Counted from the stretch's first letter, positions 10,175 to 20,231 are shown. The stretch: 64,000 nt of DNA from Candidatus Thorarchaeota archaeon (GCA_020348985.1 CP070761.1:1732591-1796590); one strand, 5' to 3'. Numbers and translations: made by a program. Notes: generated from the letters alone by a model not told the origin.

Positions 10175-11350
10175 GTGCAGACGGATCCTCTAACGCCTTG
10201 GCTTGTTCTTTTCGGGATTTACTTCCTAGTCTATATAATCGCCAAATGGATTGGTTTCGACAAACTCAGGGAAAGAGGACTAGAGGCAGGCACTCCCCTC
10301 TTTGTGATGATGAGGACTGAGCGACTTAACAACTTCTTGACCAAGTGGGGCAAGAAAGTTCCGCGTGCTTTCTTCAATCTCGGCATAGTTGTTGGTTTCG
10401 CAGGCATGGCAGCAGCATTCTGGCTATTCGGCACCAATCTTCTAAATTTCTTCTTTCGGCCTTCAGCAGCAGGTGGGGTAGTTCCCATAATCCCGGGAAT
10501 AACAATCACAGGACTGCCTCTGGTCTACATGTTGATTGGCTTGGCTATCACAATCATACTGCACGAATTTGCCCACGGATTGGCATCTTCAAAGGACGAC
10601 ATTACCATCAAGAGTTCCGGCCTACTCTTCTTCACGGTCTTGTTCGGAGCATTTGTCGAACCTGATGAGGAGGAATTCGAGAATAAGACTAGTCCAAGAT
10701 CACGTATGAGGATGCTCGCAGCCGGTTCCTACATGAACCTGATTGGAGCTTTTGTGACGTTTCTGATTATTGCCAACTTCAACCCAATAATGTCAATTGC
10801 CTTTAATCCGCCCAGTGGGGCATTCATCTATGAAATCGTTCCTGGCACTCCAGCTGCAGATTCCTTACAGGTAGGCGATGTTATTATTGGCCTTAATGAC
10901 ACTACAATTGAAACATGGCTCGACGTAAATTATTTCATGGATACTACAGAATCCAATTCCACGCTCATCATCCACACACTGGATGGAAGCCATACAGTAA
11001 CTCTGGGACAAAGTGAACTCAATGCTTCAAAGGGCCGCATTGGGATTTATGGGTCGGACTATTGGGAGCCCAAACCCGGTTGGGAATGGATTCCAGGTGG
11101 ACCTATGTACGCATTTCATATCCAGCTGACATTAGCTTGGACTTTCGTGATTCTGTTCTCGGTTGCTCTGTTCAATTTGATGCCTATACCCGCACTCGAT
11201 GGCGACAAACTACTGTCAAATGGACTTGGTCTCATCATTAAGAATGAGAAGACAATAAAGCGAATAATGTGGCCGGCCAGAATCATCTCTCTGCTGATCA
11301 TTCTGCTAAGTATAGGATTCAGCTTGCTCCTTGGAAGAGTACTGTTCTAG
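10175..11350 (+). CDS. Site-2 protease (M50) with PDZ domain
   Basis: HEFAH, GAFVEP, NLMPIPALDG motifs; PDZ-like insert. Confidence 0.92.
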   Translation: MQTDPLTPWLVLFGIYFLVYIIAKWIGFDKLRERGLEAGTPLFVMMRTERLNNFLTKWGKKVPRAFFNLGIVVGFAGMAAAFWLFGTNLLNFFFRPSAAGGVVPIIPGITITGLPLVYMLIGLAITIILHEFAHGLASSKDDITIKSSGLLFFTVLFGAFVEPDEEEFENKTSPRSRMRMLAAGSYMNLIGAFVTFLIIANFNPIMSIAFNPPSGAFIYEIVPGTPAADSLQVGDVIIGLNDTTIETWLDVNYFMDTTESNSTLIIHTLDGSHTVTLGQSELNASKGRIGIYGSDYWEPKPGWEWIPGGPMYAFHIQLTLAWTFVILFSVALFNLMPIPALDGDKLLSNGLGLIIKNEKTIKRIMWPARIISLLIILLSIGFSLLLGRVLF

Positions 11351-11423
11351 GGTGCGCCCATAGACCCAGAATCGCATCAATCATGATTCTCGGACAATAA
11401 AAGGGGCTGTATGAACGGATTGA

Positions 11424-11840
11424 GTGATGACTATGATGACTCATCAGATTAGTACGTTACAGGATGTTCGTGAGAAGGCAAGAAAGGCACTTACGGATTA
11501 TCTAACAATGTTTATTCCCGAGTCATGGAAGGAGCCCCTTGAAAAGATACGACTTCTTCTTCAAGCCCATGGTGAAGCTGATTGGGAGGCCTTGAAAGGA
11601 CATTCGTTATTATATTTCGACGAAATGCGCCTGTCGGAGGATCGGGTCGAGTCTCTTGCTCGAGTTGAGCGCTTAGGAGATGCTTTCAAGGAACTATATT
11701 CGGTTGTGTCTCCAGCTGAATGGCATAGAACCGTTGACGACACTATTCATGCAGCCAATTTCCGTGCTTCCAAGGCCGCAATCCAAATACGACATATCTC
11801 ACCACTTGATAGACCTAATGACGACTCGGATGAAGATTGA
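11424..11840 (+). CDS. Hypothetical helical protein
   Basis: 138 aa ORF filling the gap between genes. Confidence 0.6.
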   Translation: MMTMMTHQISTLQDVREKARKALTDYLTMFIPESWKEPLEKIRLLLQAHGEADWEALKGHSLLYFDEMRLSEDRVESLARVERLGDAFKELYSVVSPAEWHRTVDDTIHAANFRASKAAIQIRHISPLDRPNDDSDED

Positions 11841-11927
11841 ATCCACAACTCTATGACAATAGGTCTCTGGATCTGAAAGAAGTACTAACCGACACATCCA
11901 AAGCCACGCAGTTTCTCGGTCATCAGT

Positions 11928-12947
11928 ATGGACGAGGCCAAGCTGACCTCTTACCTGAGTCAGAATCTCTCAGAGAGAAACAACCTCCGCCTAATCAGTA
12001 TATCACGCATTACCGAAGGTTGGGAAACTGAAATCTATTCAATTGACGTCGAGCATCAGACAGACAATGGACGAGTCCAAGAAGGATTGATTCTCAGGAT
12101 GTATCCTGGTGCCCAAGCTGCTTACAGGGCCAAGAAGGAATTCCTACTACTGAAAGGTCTTCGCAGAGTTGAATATCCAGTTCCGAAGGTATTTCTCGTT
12201 GAGCAAGACACGGGTCAACTTGGAGCTCCTTTCATAGTAATGGAAAGAATTGATGGGCAGACGATGGGTGTTGAATTTGGAGCGGCTGACCAGCAGAACG
12301 GTCTTCAGGCGCTCTTTGCCGAGCTTTTCGTGGATTTGCACAATCTGGAATGGCAAGAGGTCATCCGCGATTTTGACCCCAAACCCAAGTTCGAAGCGAA
12401 GGATGCAATAGATCAGCAGTTGGCCAGCTATGAGCATGACCTGACCCAATACAAGAAGGAAGAACTCATGCCCATTCTTGAGTGGCTCAGAGCAAGAATA
12501 TCAACTGTTTCTTGTAAGAGGCTTTCCCTCGCTCACCGGGACTTCCATCCATTCAACATTATTATTGATGAGACCGGGGCTCCCTTCGTAATTGACTGGA
12601 CCGCAGCCAGCATCACAGACTACCGAGTTGACCTAGGTTGGACTCTGTTACTGATAGGCGCATTCTCTGGGAGGGAGCTTCGTGACTCCGTTTTGGGGGC
12701 CTATGAAAGAGTCATAGGCGCTCAGGTTGACAACATAGAGTACTTCGAGGTTATCGCCGCTTTCCGCAGACTGCTTGATGTTTCCGTTTCGCTAAGCATA
12801 GATGCAGGAGAGAGAGGTATGAAGACTGGGGCCGTTGAAATGATAATGGAATCTTTCGACCATATGGCAAATGTCGAGAAGCTTGTAGAGGAGTACACCG
12901 GAATTGAGATTTCAGTAGTGAACGAGTTAGAGCGAAGCTTCACCTAA
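11928..12947 (+). CDS. Aminoglycoside phosphotransferase/choline kinase-like protein
   Basis: HRDFHPFN, IDW, PVPKV motifs. Confidence 0.88.
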   Translation: MDEAKLTSYLSQNLSERNNLRLISISRITEGWETEIYSIDVEHQTDNGRVQEGLILRMYPGAQAAYRAKKEFLLLKGLRRVEYPVPKVFLVEQDTGQLGAPFIVMERIDGQTMGVEFGAADQQNGLQALFAELFVDLHNLEWQEVIRDFDPKPKFEAKDAIDQQLASYEHDLTQYKKEELMPILEWLRARISTVSCKRLSLAHRDFHPFNIIIDETGAPFVIDWTAASITDYRVDLGWTLLLIGAFSGRELRDSVLGAYERVIGAQVDNIEYFEVIAAFRRLLDVSVSLSIDAGERGMKTGAVEMIMESFDHMANVEKLVEEYTGIEISVVNELERSFT

Positions 12948-13038
12948 TACATTGACAGTGAACTAGAAAGGGTCCAGAAGAGTACCTTTAACACACAAGA
13001 CCGAAGTGTTTGATGGAGAAAAGCGTGGAGTGTTTCTT

Positions 13039-13971
13039 ATGGCCACACAGTGCTCGAAATGTGATTCGAAAGCAGTCTACCTGCGTCGTTACACATCAGA
13101 AGCGCTCTGTGATTCCTGTTTGGCTGAGACCACTTTACAGCGCGTCAGACGCACAATAAACAAGCACAAGATGTTTCGAGAGAACGACCGAATTGCTGTG
13201 GCCATATCCGGGGGAAAAGACAGCTCAGTTCTACTCCACATCCTTCATCGCATTGAAAAGAAGTACCCAGACTCTGAGATAATCCCAATCACAATTGATG
13301 AAGGCATCATGGGATATCGGGATCGGGCACTTGAAGCAGCAAAGAAGCTTACGAGGAGTCTGGATCTAACGTTGGAGGTCAGGAGCTTTCGCGAGCTGTT
13401 TGGTCATAGCTTAGACGATATCGTAAAGATGCGAAAGAGTGACAAGCCCATCGGCGCATGCTCATTCTGCGGAGTTCTTAGGCGAAGAGCGATCAATTCA
13501 ACAGCTTCTGAGTTGGAAGCAGATGTTGTCGCGACCGGCCACAATATGGATGATGAGGCTCAGACTCTTCTCATTAACATGTTGCGGGGTGACAGCCGAA
13601 GGATTGTGAGAACTAGTCGACCAAGGGAGAAAGCACTTAGAGGATTCGTCCCTCGCGTCAAGCCAATCATGGAGATAACAGAAAGGGATGTCGTGGCTTA
13701 CTCTCACAGTCAGGCTCTAGAGTATCATGATGTGCCTTGTCCCTACTCTGTGGAGGCATATAGGAACGATGTCAAGGACTTCTTGAATGACATGGAGCAC
13801 AGACGACCTGGAACACTCCTTGCAATCCTAAGGTCGGGTGAGGAAATAGGCAAGGCCTTTGAACAAACTCCGGTTGCAACAGAGCTCCGCGAATGTGAAC
13901 AATGCGGATCGGTGACACCTGATAGAATCTGCAAAGTCTGTTCAATGCTTTCAGACATATCCGGCAACTGA
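13039..13971 (+). CDS. ncsA: tRNA 2-thiolation protein (TtuA/Ncs6, TIGR00269 family)
   Basis: SGGKDS PP-loop, CxxC, GHNMDD, CPY, N- and C-terminal Zn fingers. Confidence 0.9.
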   Translation: MATQCSKCDSKAVYLRRYTSEALCDSCLAETTLQRVRRTINKHKMFRENDRIAVAISGGKDSSVLLHILHRIEKKYPDSEIIPITIDEGIMGYRDRALEAAKKLTRSLDLTLEVRSFRELFGHSLDDIVKMRKSDKPIGACSFCGVLRRRAINSTASELEADVVATGHNMDDEAQTLLINMLRGDSRRIVRTSRPREKALRGFVPRVKPIMEITERDVVAYSHSQALEYHDVPCPYSVEAYRNDVKDFLNDMEHRRPGTLLAILRSGEEIGKAFEQTPVATELRECEQCGSVTPDRICKVCSMLSDISGN

Positions 13972-14009
13972 AATCAAACACTTGACCAAGATGGAGGGTA
14001 ACGAGAGAA

Positions 14010-14717
14010 ATGGCGAAGAAACCCGAAACTCTCCATGAAAGTCGTACCATAGTGTATGGTGACAAACATTGGTCCCATTTGGCATCACTAAGAGAGAGAG
14101 CTATGGACATAATGCAGACACTGGAGTCCTCTGGCATCCATTCCTTTGTCTATGGTTCCATTGCCAGAGGTGATGTTGGGAAGTCTTCCGACGTGGATAT
14201 CATCGTTCCGTATCCTGTATCAAGCTACAAACTCGAAATCTCTGCGGGACGGGGTGTCCGCCGTGAGTTAGTCCAAGCCACACCATCCATGGTACTGAAG
14301 GGACATATTGTCTTAGATGACAGGACAACCGTTACCTTTCCCCTGTTCAAGTTAAGGCCAAGAGAAGAGGAGTTCTACAGTTGGGGGGGACGTGCCGATA
14401 TCAGCCAGCTTGAGGCCGAAATCAGAGTTTCTGGAGTTGACAAGAGACTGGTCTTGATTAGACCCACACCTGAGGGACATACAGAGCATGGAGTCATTGG
14501 ATATGAGCCAGATGTGGCAAAGGCTGTTGGCGTGAGCATCGAGACCGCAAAAGAACGAGTGCGTGTTCTAACACGAAGAGATAGACTTGGTAGAACAGGT
14601 GTTTACCTTACGAGAGTCCTAGAAGAAGATGATAGCTTCGAGGCAGTAGCAAAGAGTCTAAGAGACAGCGACCCGGCTCTCCGGCGTACAGTCGAGAAGA
14701 GGGAACGCAGTAGGTGA
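14010..14717 (+). CDS. Predicted nucleotidyltransferase (COG2413-like)
   Basis: GSIARGDV..SDVD, GVDKRL, GRTGV. Confidence 0.85.
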   Translation: MAKKPETLHESRTIVYGDKHWSHLASLRERAMDIMQTLESSGIHSFVYGSIARGDVGKSSDVDIIVPYPVSSYKLEISAGRGVRRELVQATPSMVLKGHIVLDDRTTVTFPLFKLRPREEEFYSWGGRADISQLEAEIRVSGVDKRLVLIRPTPEGHTEHGVIGYEPDVAKAVGVSIETAKERVRVLTRRDRLGRTGVYLTRVLEEDDSFEAVAKSLRDSDPALRRTVEKRERSR

Positions 14718-14722
14718 TCATT

Positions 14723-15838
14723 TTGACACGTCTAGTTGAACGACTTAAGGGCGACTCTCTTCTCGTTGGAGAACTTCCACGAGGATGCCAGCTTTGTGCA
14801 AAAGGGACCAAAATGGTCCTATTCGTCACTGGTCTTTGCGACAGTGCATGTTTCTATTGTCCTTTATCGGAGGAGAAGTCAGGAAAGGACATTGTATTTG
14901 CAGACGAGATGAAGGTTGAGACTGATCAAGACATCCTTTTTGAAACCGAAGCCATAGGCGGAGAAGGCGCCGGAATAAGTGGGGGTGATCCGCTCTGCAA
15001 TCTTGATAGGACTGTCAGATACATAACTTTGCTGAAATCTAGCCAAGGGAACGAGTTTCATACCCATCTTTATACAAGCCAATCTGAAGTTGAAGAAGAC
15101 ATTCTTCTTGAGCTAAGAAACGCAGGTCTTGATGAGATCCGGTTTCATCCGCAGTCAAGAGACTGGTCCGGCATAGAGACCGCAGTGAGTCTGGGCATGG
15201 TAGTTGGTTTGGAGCTACCAGCAATTCCTGGCCAAGAGAAGGACCTTGAAAGCGCCGCTGAGAAGGCAGAGGCTTTCGGGGTTGATTTCCTCAACATCAA
15301 TGAACTTGAAGCTAGTGAAACAAATTTCGCAAAACTTGCGGCTCTGGGCTTGCGGCTTACAAGCTTGGACGCGGCAAGTATCGAAGGAAGTCGAGAGACA
15401 GCTGAGAACATTCTTCACTGGGCAGCAAGCAACCTCGTAAATCTGTCAGTTCACTTCTGCACTGCTGTGTTCAAAGATCGTGTACAGCTTCGCAATAGGC
15501 TTGAGAGACGTCTTGTGAGAACGATCAGAGCATTTGAGGAGAAAGACGAAGACGACCCTCTCTTGATTCTTGGATTGATTCGTCCTCAACACGGTCAGAC
15601 TATGGCCCCGGAACATCTTGGTCAGATATACAACATTCTGAGGGTTGAGTTCAACGTTCCACATGATATGATGAACTTAGACTTCGACAGATCTCGAATA
15701 GAAATTGCTCCTTGGATTCTTGAAGAGATAGCCGAAGATCTAAGAATCGAACTTGAGGAACTCAGCACGGTGGAAATGGGCATTGCATATGAATACCCTT
15801 CATGGGATCGACTGCAGACGCTTTTTGATCCGCTTTGA
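14723..15838 (+). CDS. Radical SAM protein (COG2108-like)
   Basis: CxxxCFYC, extra GCxxC, GLDEIRFH; TTG start after GGTGA. Confidence 0.88.
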   Translation: MTRLVERLKGDSLLVGELPRGCQLCAKGTKMVLFVTGLCDSACFYCPLSEEKSGKDIVFADEMKVETDQDILFETEAIGGEGAGISGGDPLCNLDRTVRYITLLKSSQGNEFHTHLYTSQSEVEEDILLELRNAGLDEIRFHPQSRDWSGIETAVSLGMVVGLELPAIPGQEKDLESAAEKAEAFGVDFLNINELEASETNFAKLAALGLRLTSLDAASIEGSRETAENILHWAASNLVNLSVHFCTAVFKDRVQLRNRLERRLVRTIRAFEEKDEDDPLLILGLIRPQHGQTMAPEHLGQIYNILRVEFNVPHDMMNLDFDRSRIEIAPWILEEIAEDLRIELEELSTVEMGIAYEYPSWDRLQTLFDPL

Positions 15839-16927
15839 TTAGTACTCGACACGGAATCTTAGTATGGCCGCTATGCCACCAAGATTCTGCAGTTGGTCAC
15901 CTGCAGGATGTTCTGTGGATACGACATGAAACTCAGCTCTGGCCTTTTCGGCGTCTCGGATTAACGAGTCTATGGCACGTCTGGTTTCATCTGAACCTTC
16001 TCTTAGCTTGATGTCAGTAATCAAAAGATGTTCCACAGCACCTATCTGAACGGCCTTTGTGACTTCCTTATCACCATAAGTGCCGAGTCCGTTGTCCTTT
16101 GCTATATGGGTGATTAGTTCCTCAATCAGCTTCGTTTCGGTTTCCAATCTAATGCCTTCTATGGCAGACCCGATTACCTCTCTGGCAAGGATTTCCTTTG
16201 CGCCTGGAAAACCTATCGAATTTGTGCTCTCTACAATCACAGGTGGAAGGTCTTTGAGTTTCGCAGATTTTAGGAATTCATAGAAGTGATCCTTGGTGAA
16301 CCCGGGTCCAGTTATCACAATGAGTCCAATCTCACTCTGTTCAAGCTGAGAGCGGACTGCTAGGACCACAGAGGAATAGAACTCCCTCATAGTAGCATCA
16401 TACGACTTCTGGTCCCCTCTCTTCCGAGATATGCTAGTCTTCACTCTTACTGCTTCTTTCAGTCCAAAGTCAGCGGCAAGGAGAAGGTCCGCTACGCCGT
16501 CTTCAATCGTGACAATCAGACTAATAGGGTGCCCCGTCGATTTCTCTGCTTCCTTTAGCCTTTTCAGAAGGAAGTTCGGCCAGTGCTCCTTTATCACAGT
16601 AAGTATGCTTCCAGTTTCGACATTTATGGTATGATGAGATCCCAAGTTTATGAGATCGCTTGGGCCCTCAAGGATAGTGCCCAGCAACCTTACTCTGTTA
16701 CTGAAAGAATGAAATGAAACATCCTCCACTCTGATTGTAAGAGTCATGGGTTTTCTAACGCTATCTTGCTTCCTTGAATCTTCGTCACCTACACGGACTC
16801 TTCGAGTAGTCCTAGATACGACTATGTCTCCAGGCATAACCACATTGTAGAGATGCCACAAGTCATCTAGGGCCTCTATCTTGAGGGTTATCTTGCCCTC
16901 TTTCAGAATCCGTTTCAGTATTTTCAA
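15839..16927 (-). CDS. pelA: Pelota/Dom34 ribosome rescue factor
   Basis: LDDLWHLY, HHT, GPGFTK, LGGIAAILRF. Confidence 0.95.
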   Translation of the reverse strand: MKILKRILKEGKITLKIEALDDLWHLYNVVMPGDIVVSRTTRRVRVGDEDSRKQDSVRKPMTLTIRVEDVSFHSFSNRVRLLGTILEGPSDLINLGSHHTINVETGSILTVIKEHWPNFLLKRLKEAEKSTGHPISLIVTIEDGVADLLLAADFGLKEAVRVKTSISRKRGDQKSYDATMREFYSSVVLAVRSQLEQSEIGLIVITGPGFTKDHFYEFLKSAKLKDLPPVIVESTNSIGFPGAKEILAREVIGSAIEGIRLETETKLIEELITHIAKDNGLGTYGDKEVTKAVQIGAVEHLLITDIKLREGSDETRRAIDSLIRDAEKARAEFHVVSTEHPAGDQLQNLGGIAAILRFRVEY

Positions 16928-16953
16928 AGCGACTCTCCTGTCCTAGAATGCTC

Positions 16954-18405
16954 TTAGAAGAAATAGTCTCCGAAAGTCTCGGTATACTTCGGATCACTCC
17001 TGGCCAGAGCTTGGTTCTCCTCAATTCTGCGACATAGCAATTCGGCTTGTTTAACGTGATTCTCTTCCACAATATCTGCCTCTTCTTGGACTGCAGCATC
17101 GCCTGCTATTCTAACAAGCCCTCCTATTTCTCGCAAACGAAGAGTAAAGGCATTTCTTTGTCCATCAAGCCTATAGGCAAGACTCTCTGCTACATTCATT
17201 ACTTCTTCTAGAGCATCAACCCCAAAGTGAGGAATCCGTCCATCCTCATGTACGGTTTGGGCAACAAAACGAATCAAGTCCATCTCACTATGATGATTTC
17301 TTGACATCCATGATGTGAGCACAATTTCATACCCATAACCCCTAATCCTTGATCTCAGCGCCGGATGAAGTAGAGAAAGATCTTCTGGATTACATGATGC
17401 AAAGAGTAGGAAGTCGCAAGGAACATTGTCTACTCGCACAGCCGCCCCGGAACTTTGAGGATTATGTCCGAGAATAGGATACTTTCGGTCTTGCATTGCT
17501 GTTAGAAGATGCTTCTGATAGGATCCGAGAGCGCCGATTTCATCTATGTAGAGTACACCTTCGTGGGCCTCGTGAATAGCACCTGGAATGACTCTCATGT
17601 GGGCTGGCACTCCAAGCCCTTCTGCACTCCCATATGGATCATGCTTGACATCACCCAGCAATTCAACTGGACTAGCCCCGCTAACCTGAACAAACCGTGA
17701 CGAATTCCAGGAAACTAGAATCAGTTCCGAATCCGGACATGTCTGTTTCGTGGAAACGTTCTCTTCAGGTTGAAGAATGCGCAAAACACGAATCATGTCC
17801 TGCTCAGATCTTTGATACACTATACGATATTGATGTCCGCCTAGAACATCTTCAGATGTCACTTCTGCTAATGCAGGCTCTCTGGCAACGTTAAGTGCAC
17901 GGAAGAGGCCTTGATATGATAAGTCGGCATTGTTATTGCATCTCTTTGGAGAGCCGCAGTCCATACACACGTTCTGACTCGGCAGAGAAAAGGCACCACA
18001 CCTTGAGCACCTATACCCCATCTTCACTGCGATCTCAAAAGGAAGGTCGTCAGGATACATGAAGCTCGAATCACAAACGGTCTCTTCTTCGGCAACTGTT
18101 CCACCTTCATCTTGTTTGGCTCGAATTGCGACTGCAGTGGGTCTATCTCCCTGTTCCGGATTCTGTCGGATACGTATCTCATCTATTGGGGGTGGAAGCA
18201 AAGAATATGCGGCACTGGCGATCATTGATTTGCCTATTCCTGGAACTCCGCAGAGCAACACGTGCCGTCTCTGGGATACTGCTGACTTGACTAGTTTCAC
18301 AGCATGGGTCTGACCAATGACTTTCGAGAAAGGATCCGTGGGAATATCTATGTCAGCCGTAGACTTCAATCCCTCGAAAGCGTTAGTCATCCTGCCTGAC
18401 CTCAT
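16954..18405 (-). CDS. LonB-type AAA+ ATPase lacking the protease domain, with Zn-ribbon insert
   Basis: VIGQ, Walker A GVPGIGKS, LLGDVKHDP, GAIHEAH.GVLYIDEI, LRSRIRGYG, TLRLRE; ends shortly after the AAA lid. Confidence 0.88.
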   Translation of the reverse strand: MRSGRMTNAFEGLKSTADIDIPTDPFSKVIGQTHAVKLVKSAVSQRRHVLLCGVPGIGKSMIASAAYSLLPPPIDEIRIRQNPEQGDRPTAVAIRAKQDEGGTVAEEETVCDSSFMYPDDLPFEIAVKMGYRCSRCGAFSLPSQNVCMDCGSPKRCNNNADLSYQGLFRALNVAREPALAEVTSEDVLGGHQYRIVYQRSEQDMIRVLRILQPEENVSTKQTCPDSELILVSWNSSRFVQVSGASPVELLGDVKHDPYGSAEGLGVPAHMRVIPGAIHEAHEGVLYIDEIGALGSYQKHLLTAMQDRKYPILGHNPQSSGAAVRVDNVPCDFLLFASCNPEDLSLLHPALRSRIRGYGYEIVLTSWMSRNHHSEMDLIRFVAQTVHEDGRIPHFGVDALEEVMNVAESLAYRLDGQRNAFTLRLREIGGLVRIAGDAAVQEEADIVEENHVKQAELLCRRIEENQALARSDPKYTETFGDYFF

Positions 18406-18528
18406 CTACTCATTGTTTCGAAGCTACGTGGAGTCTGAGATAATTGTGAGTATTATCACAGGAAGCTTGCCTTGTCTTCGTGACGGACCGAAACTGGGAT
18501 GTCGACATTCTGCGAAACTCGGTATCCT

Positions 18529-19812
18529 CTACTGTTCAAGATCGTCAAACGTATAGATCCTCATCGTTATGGGCTTCTTTTCTATGTCAGCCACTGCCGC
18601 ACCTATGAGGGCCTTAGTCTTCTTCTTGGCCGCAATGTCTACAAGACGCTGAGTTACGACACCGTCAAAAACTACGGCATAGACAGTTTCTTGCTCTTCG
18701 AGGGTTTTGGCCAGTTCGGCCACTCCACATTCAACAAGAACCTCTTTCTTTTCGTCAAACAGTGCAGCTTTGAAGGATTCCTTGACTTCTACAACTTTGG
18801 ACAAGAGAGACGTGCCAATGCTGTCTAGGTCAACCCTCGGCCTTCTGGCTCTTCTGGGCGGTCTGCGCCTGTCATCATCGCGATCATCCAGTGCTCGCCT
18901 CTCTCTCCTTCTAGGAGGTTCTTCTCTCTTGGTCTTTCTAGGTTGCCTTCTCCTCTTGGCTGAAGGAGCAGCTACTCCCATTACCAATGCAAGTGCTTGG
19001 TCGGCGGGCACCTTGGCCTGAAGAGCCTTTATCACTTCCCTGCGAGTGAGTTCTTCAACTTCCTTTCCCTCAGGTGCTCTTGCTATATAGTTGATTCGTG
19101 CCACTTGCATCAATTCTCTAAGAATCAGATCGCCACCTCTATCACCATCTAGAAATGCAATGACAGTCTTCTTCTTCTTTGCAAGTTCTGTAATCGTCTT
19201 CGGGACTCGAGTCCCTTCGACAGCTATTGTGTTGCTGATTCCGCACTTCAGCAAATTCAGAATATCAGCCCGTCCCTCAACTATGATTATTTCATCGCTG
19301 GATGCAAGCTCTGGTCCAGCTGGCAGCTTATCTGCCCCGAATTTTGTAATAGCTTTCTTGCTAAACTTTGTTACAGCACCCGTAATCTCCTCGGTTCCAG
19401 GGGCGATGTCTTCTTCCCATCCTTTCAGTATGCTAATTGCCCTACTAACAACCTTCCGTCTCTTGGCTCCTCGAATATCTTCTAGTTTGAGAAGCGTAAC
19501 TTTCGCGAGACACGGTCCTACCCTGTCTACAGTTTCAAGAGCGGCAGCAAGAATTGCAGTTGCAGTCTTGTTAAGCGAAACAGGAATGACAATCTCCCCT
19601 TTGCTAATCCCCGCTTGAGATTTTATTGCAATCTGAATTCTACCTACTCTTCCGGTTCGTTGTAGTTCCCTCAAGTCTAGGTCTTCACCTAGTAGTCCTT
19701 CAGTTTGACCAAAGACGGCGCCTATTACATCTGGCTTGTCGACTATACCTTCAATCTCTATTTTCGCACGTATGACGTACTTGGCGGTAGACTCGTTAAA
19801 GTCGCCTTTCAT
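18529..19812 (-). CDS. dnaG: Archaeal DnaG (TOPRIM; exosome-associated)
   Basis: DVIGAVFGQTEGLLG, VEGRAD, DGDRGG, DGVVTQRL. Confidence 0.96.
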   Translation of the reverse strand: MKGDFNESTAKYVIRAKIEIEGIVDKPDVIGAVFGQTEGLLGEDLDLRELQRTGRVGRIQIAIKSQAGISKGEIVIPVSLNKTATAILAAALETVDRVGPCLAKVTLLKLEDIRGAKRRKVVSRAISILKGWEEDIAPGTEEITGAVTKFSKKAITKFGADKLPAGPELASSDEIIIVEGRADILNLLKCGISNTIAVEGTRVPKTITELAKKKKTVIAFLDGDRGGDLILRELMQVARINYIARAPEGKEVEELTRREVIKALQAKVPADQALALVMGVAAPSAKRRRQPRKTKREEPPRRRERRALDDRDDDRRRPPRRARRPRVDLDSIGTSLLSKVVEVKESFKAALFDEKKEVLVECGVAELAKTLEEQETVYAVVFDGVVTQRLVDIAAKKKTKALIGAAVADIEKKPITMRIYTFDDLEQ

Positions 19813-20231
19813 TCATTTGGTATCTCCTATGAAAACCATGCCACGAGTCTTCCATTCTGTGACTACGGTGACTTCCACCTTTCCCATGCATAAGACTTGG
19901 GTCTCCTTCTTGCCCCCTTGGATTGATCTCTTTCAGAGCTTCCCAAGCCAATTCATTCTCGAATTATGGTGAGCGTGATAGTGATGATCCAATGACTAGT
20001 GGTCTTCTAGTGACCATTGTGAAAGCCTGTCAGCACCCTGCCACTAGTACACAGCTGGGTCCCGCGGCCATGATTATGATGATATGATGATTGTAAATCG
20101 CAGCTGACCTCTGTCAGCCGTCATTCACATTTACGACTTCAAGTCTAGTGTATTTGAAGATGTCGTTAACGCTGTACCATCCGACAAAAATGACGCGACC
20201 AGTGTCATTCGAGTGTCATTACGCGCCAATT

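Noticed and set aside
14714-15838. Radical SAM protein as activase for the glycyl radical enzyme
   Set aside because: It lies over 20 kb away and belongs to a widespread archaeal family coupled to the nucleotidyltransferase.
19966-20071. Minus-strand mini-ORF with TGC-TGA as a possible selenoprotein
   Set aside because: No resemblance to a known selenoprotein family and no recognisable SECIS element.
19981-20107. RUGAUGA boxes as a C/D sRNA on the + strand
   Set aside because: CUGA boxes are not at workable spacing, and the motifs sit in a low-complexity TGAT tract.
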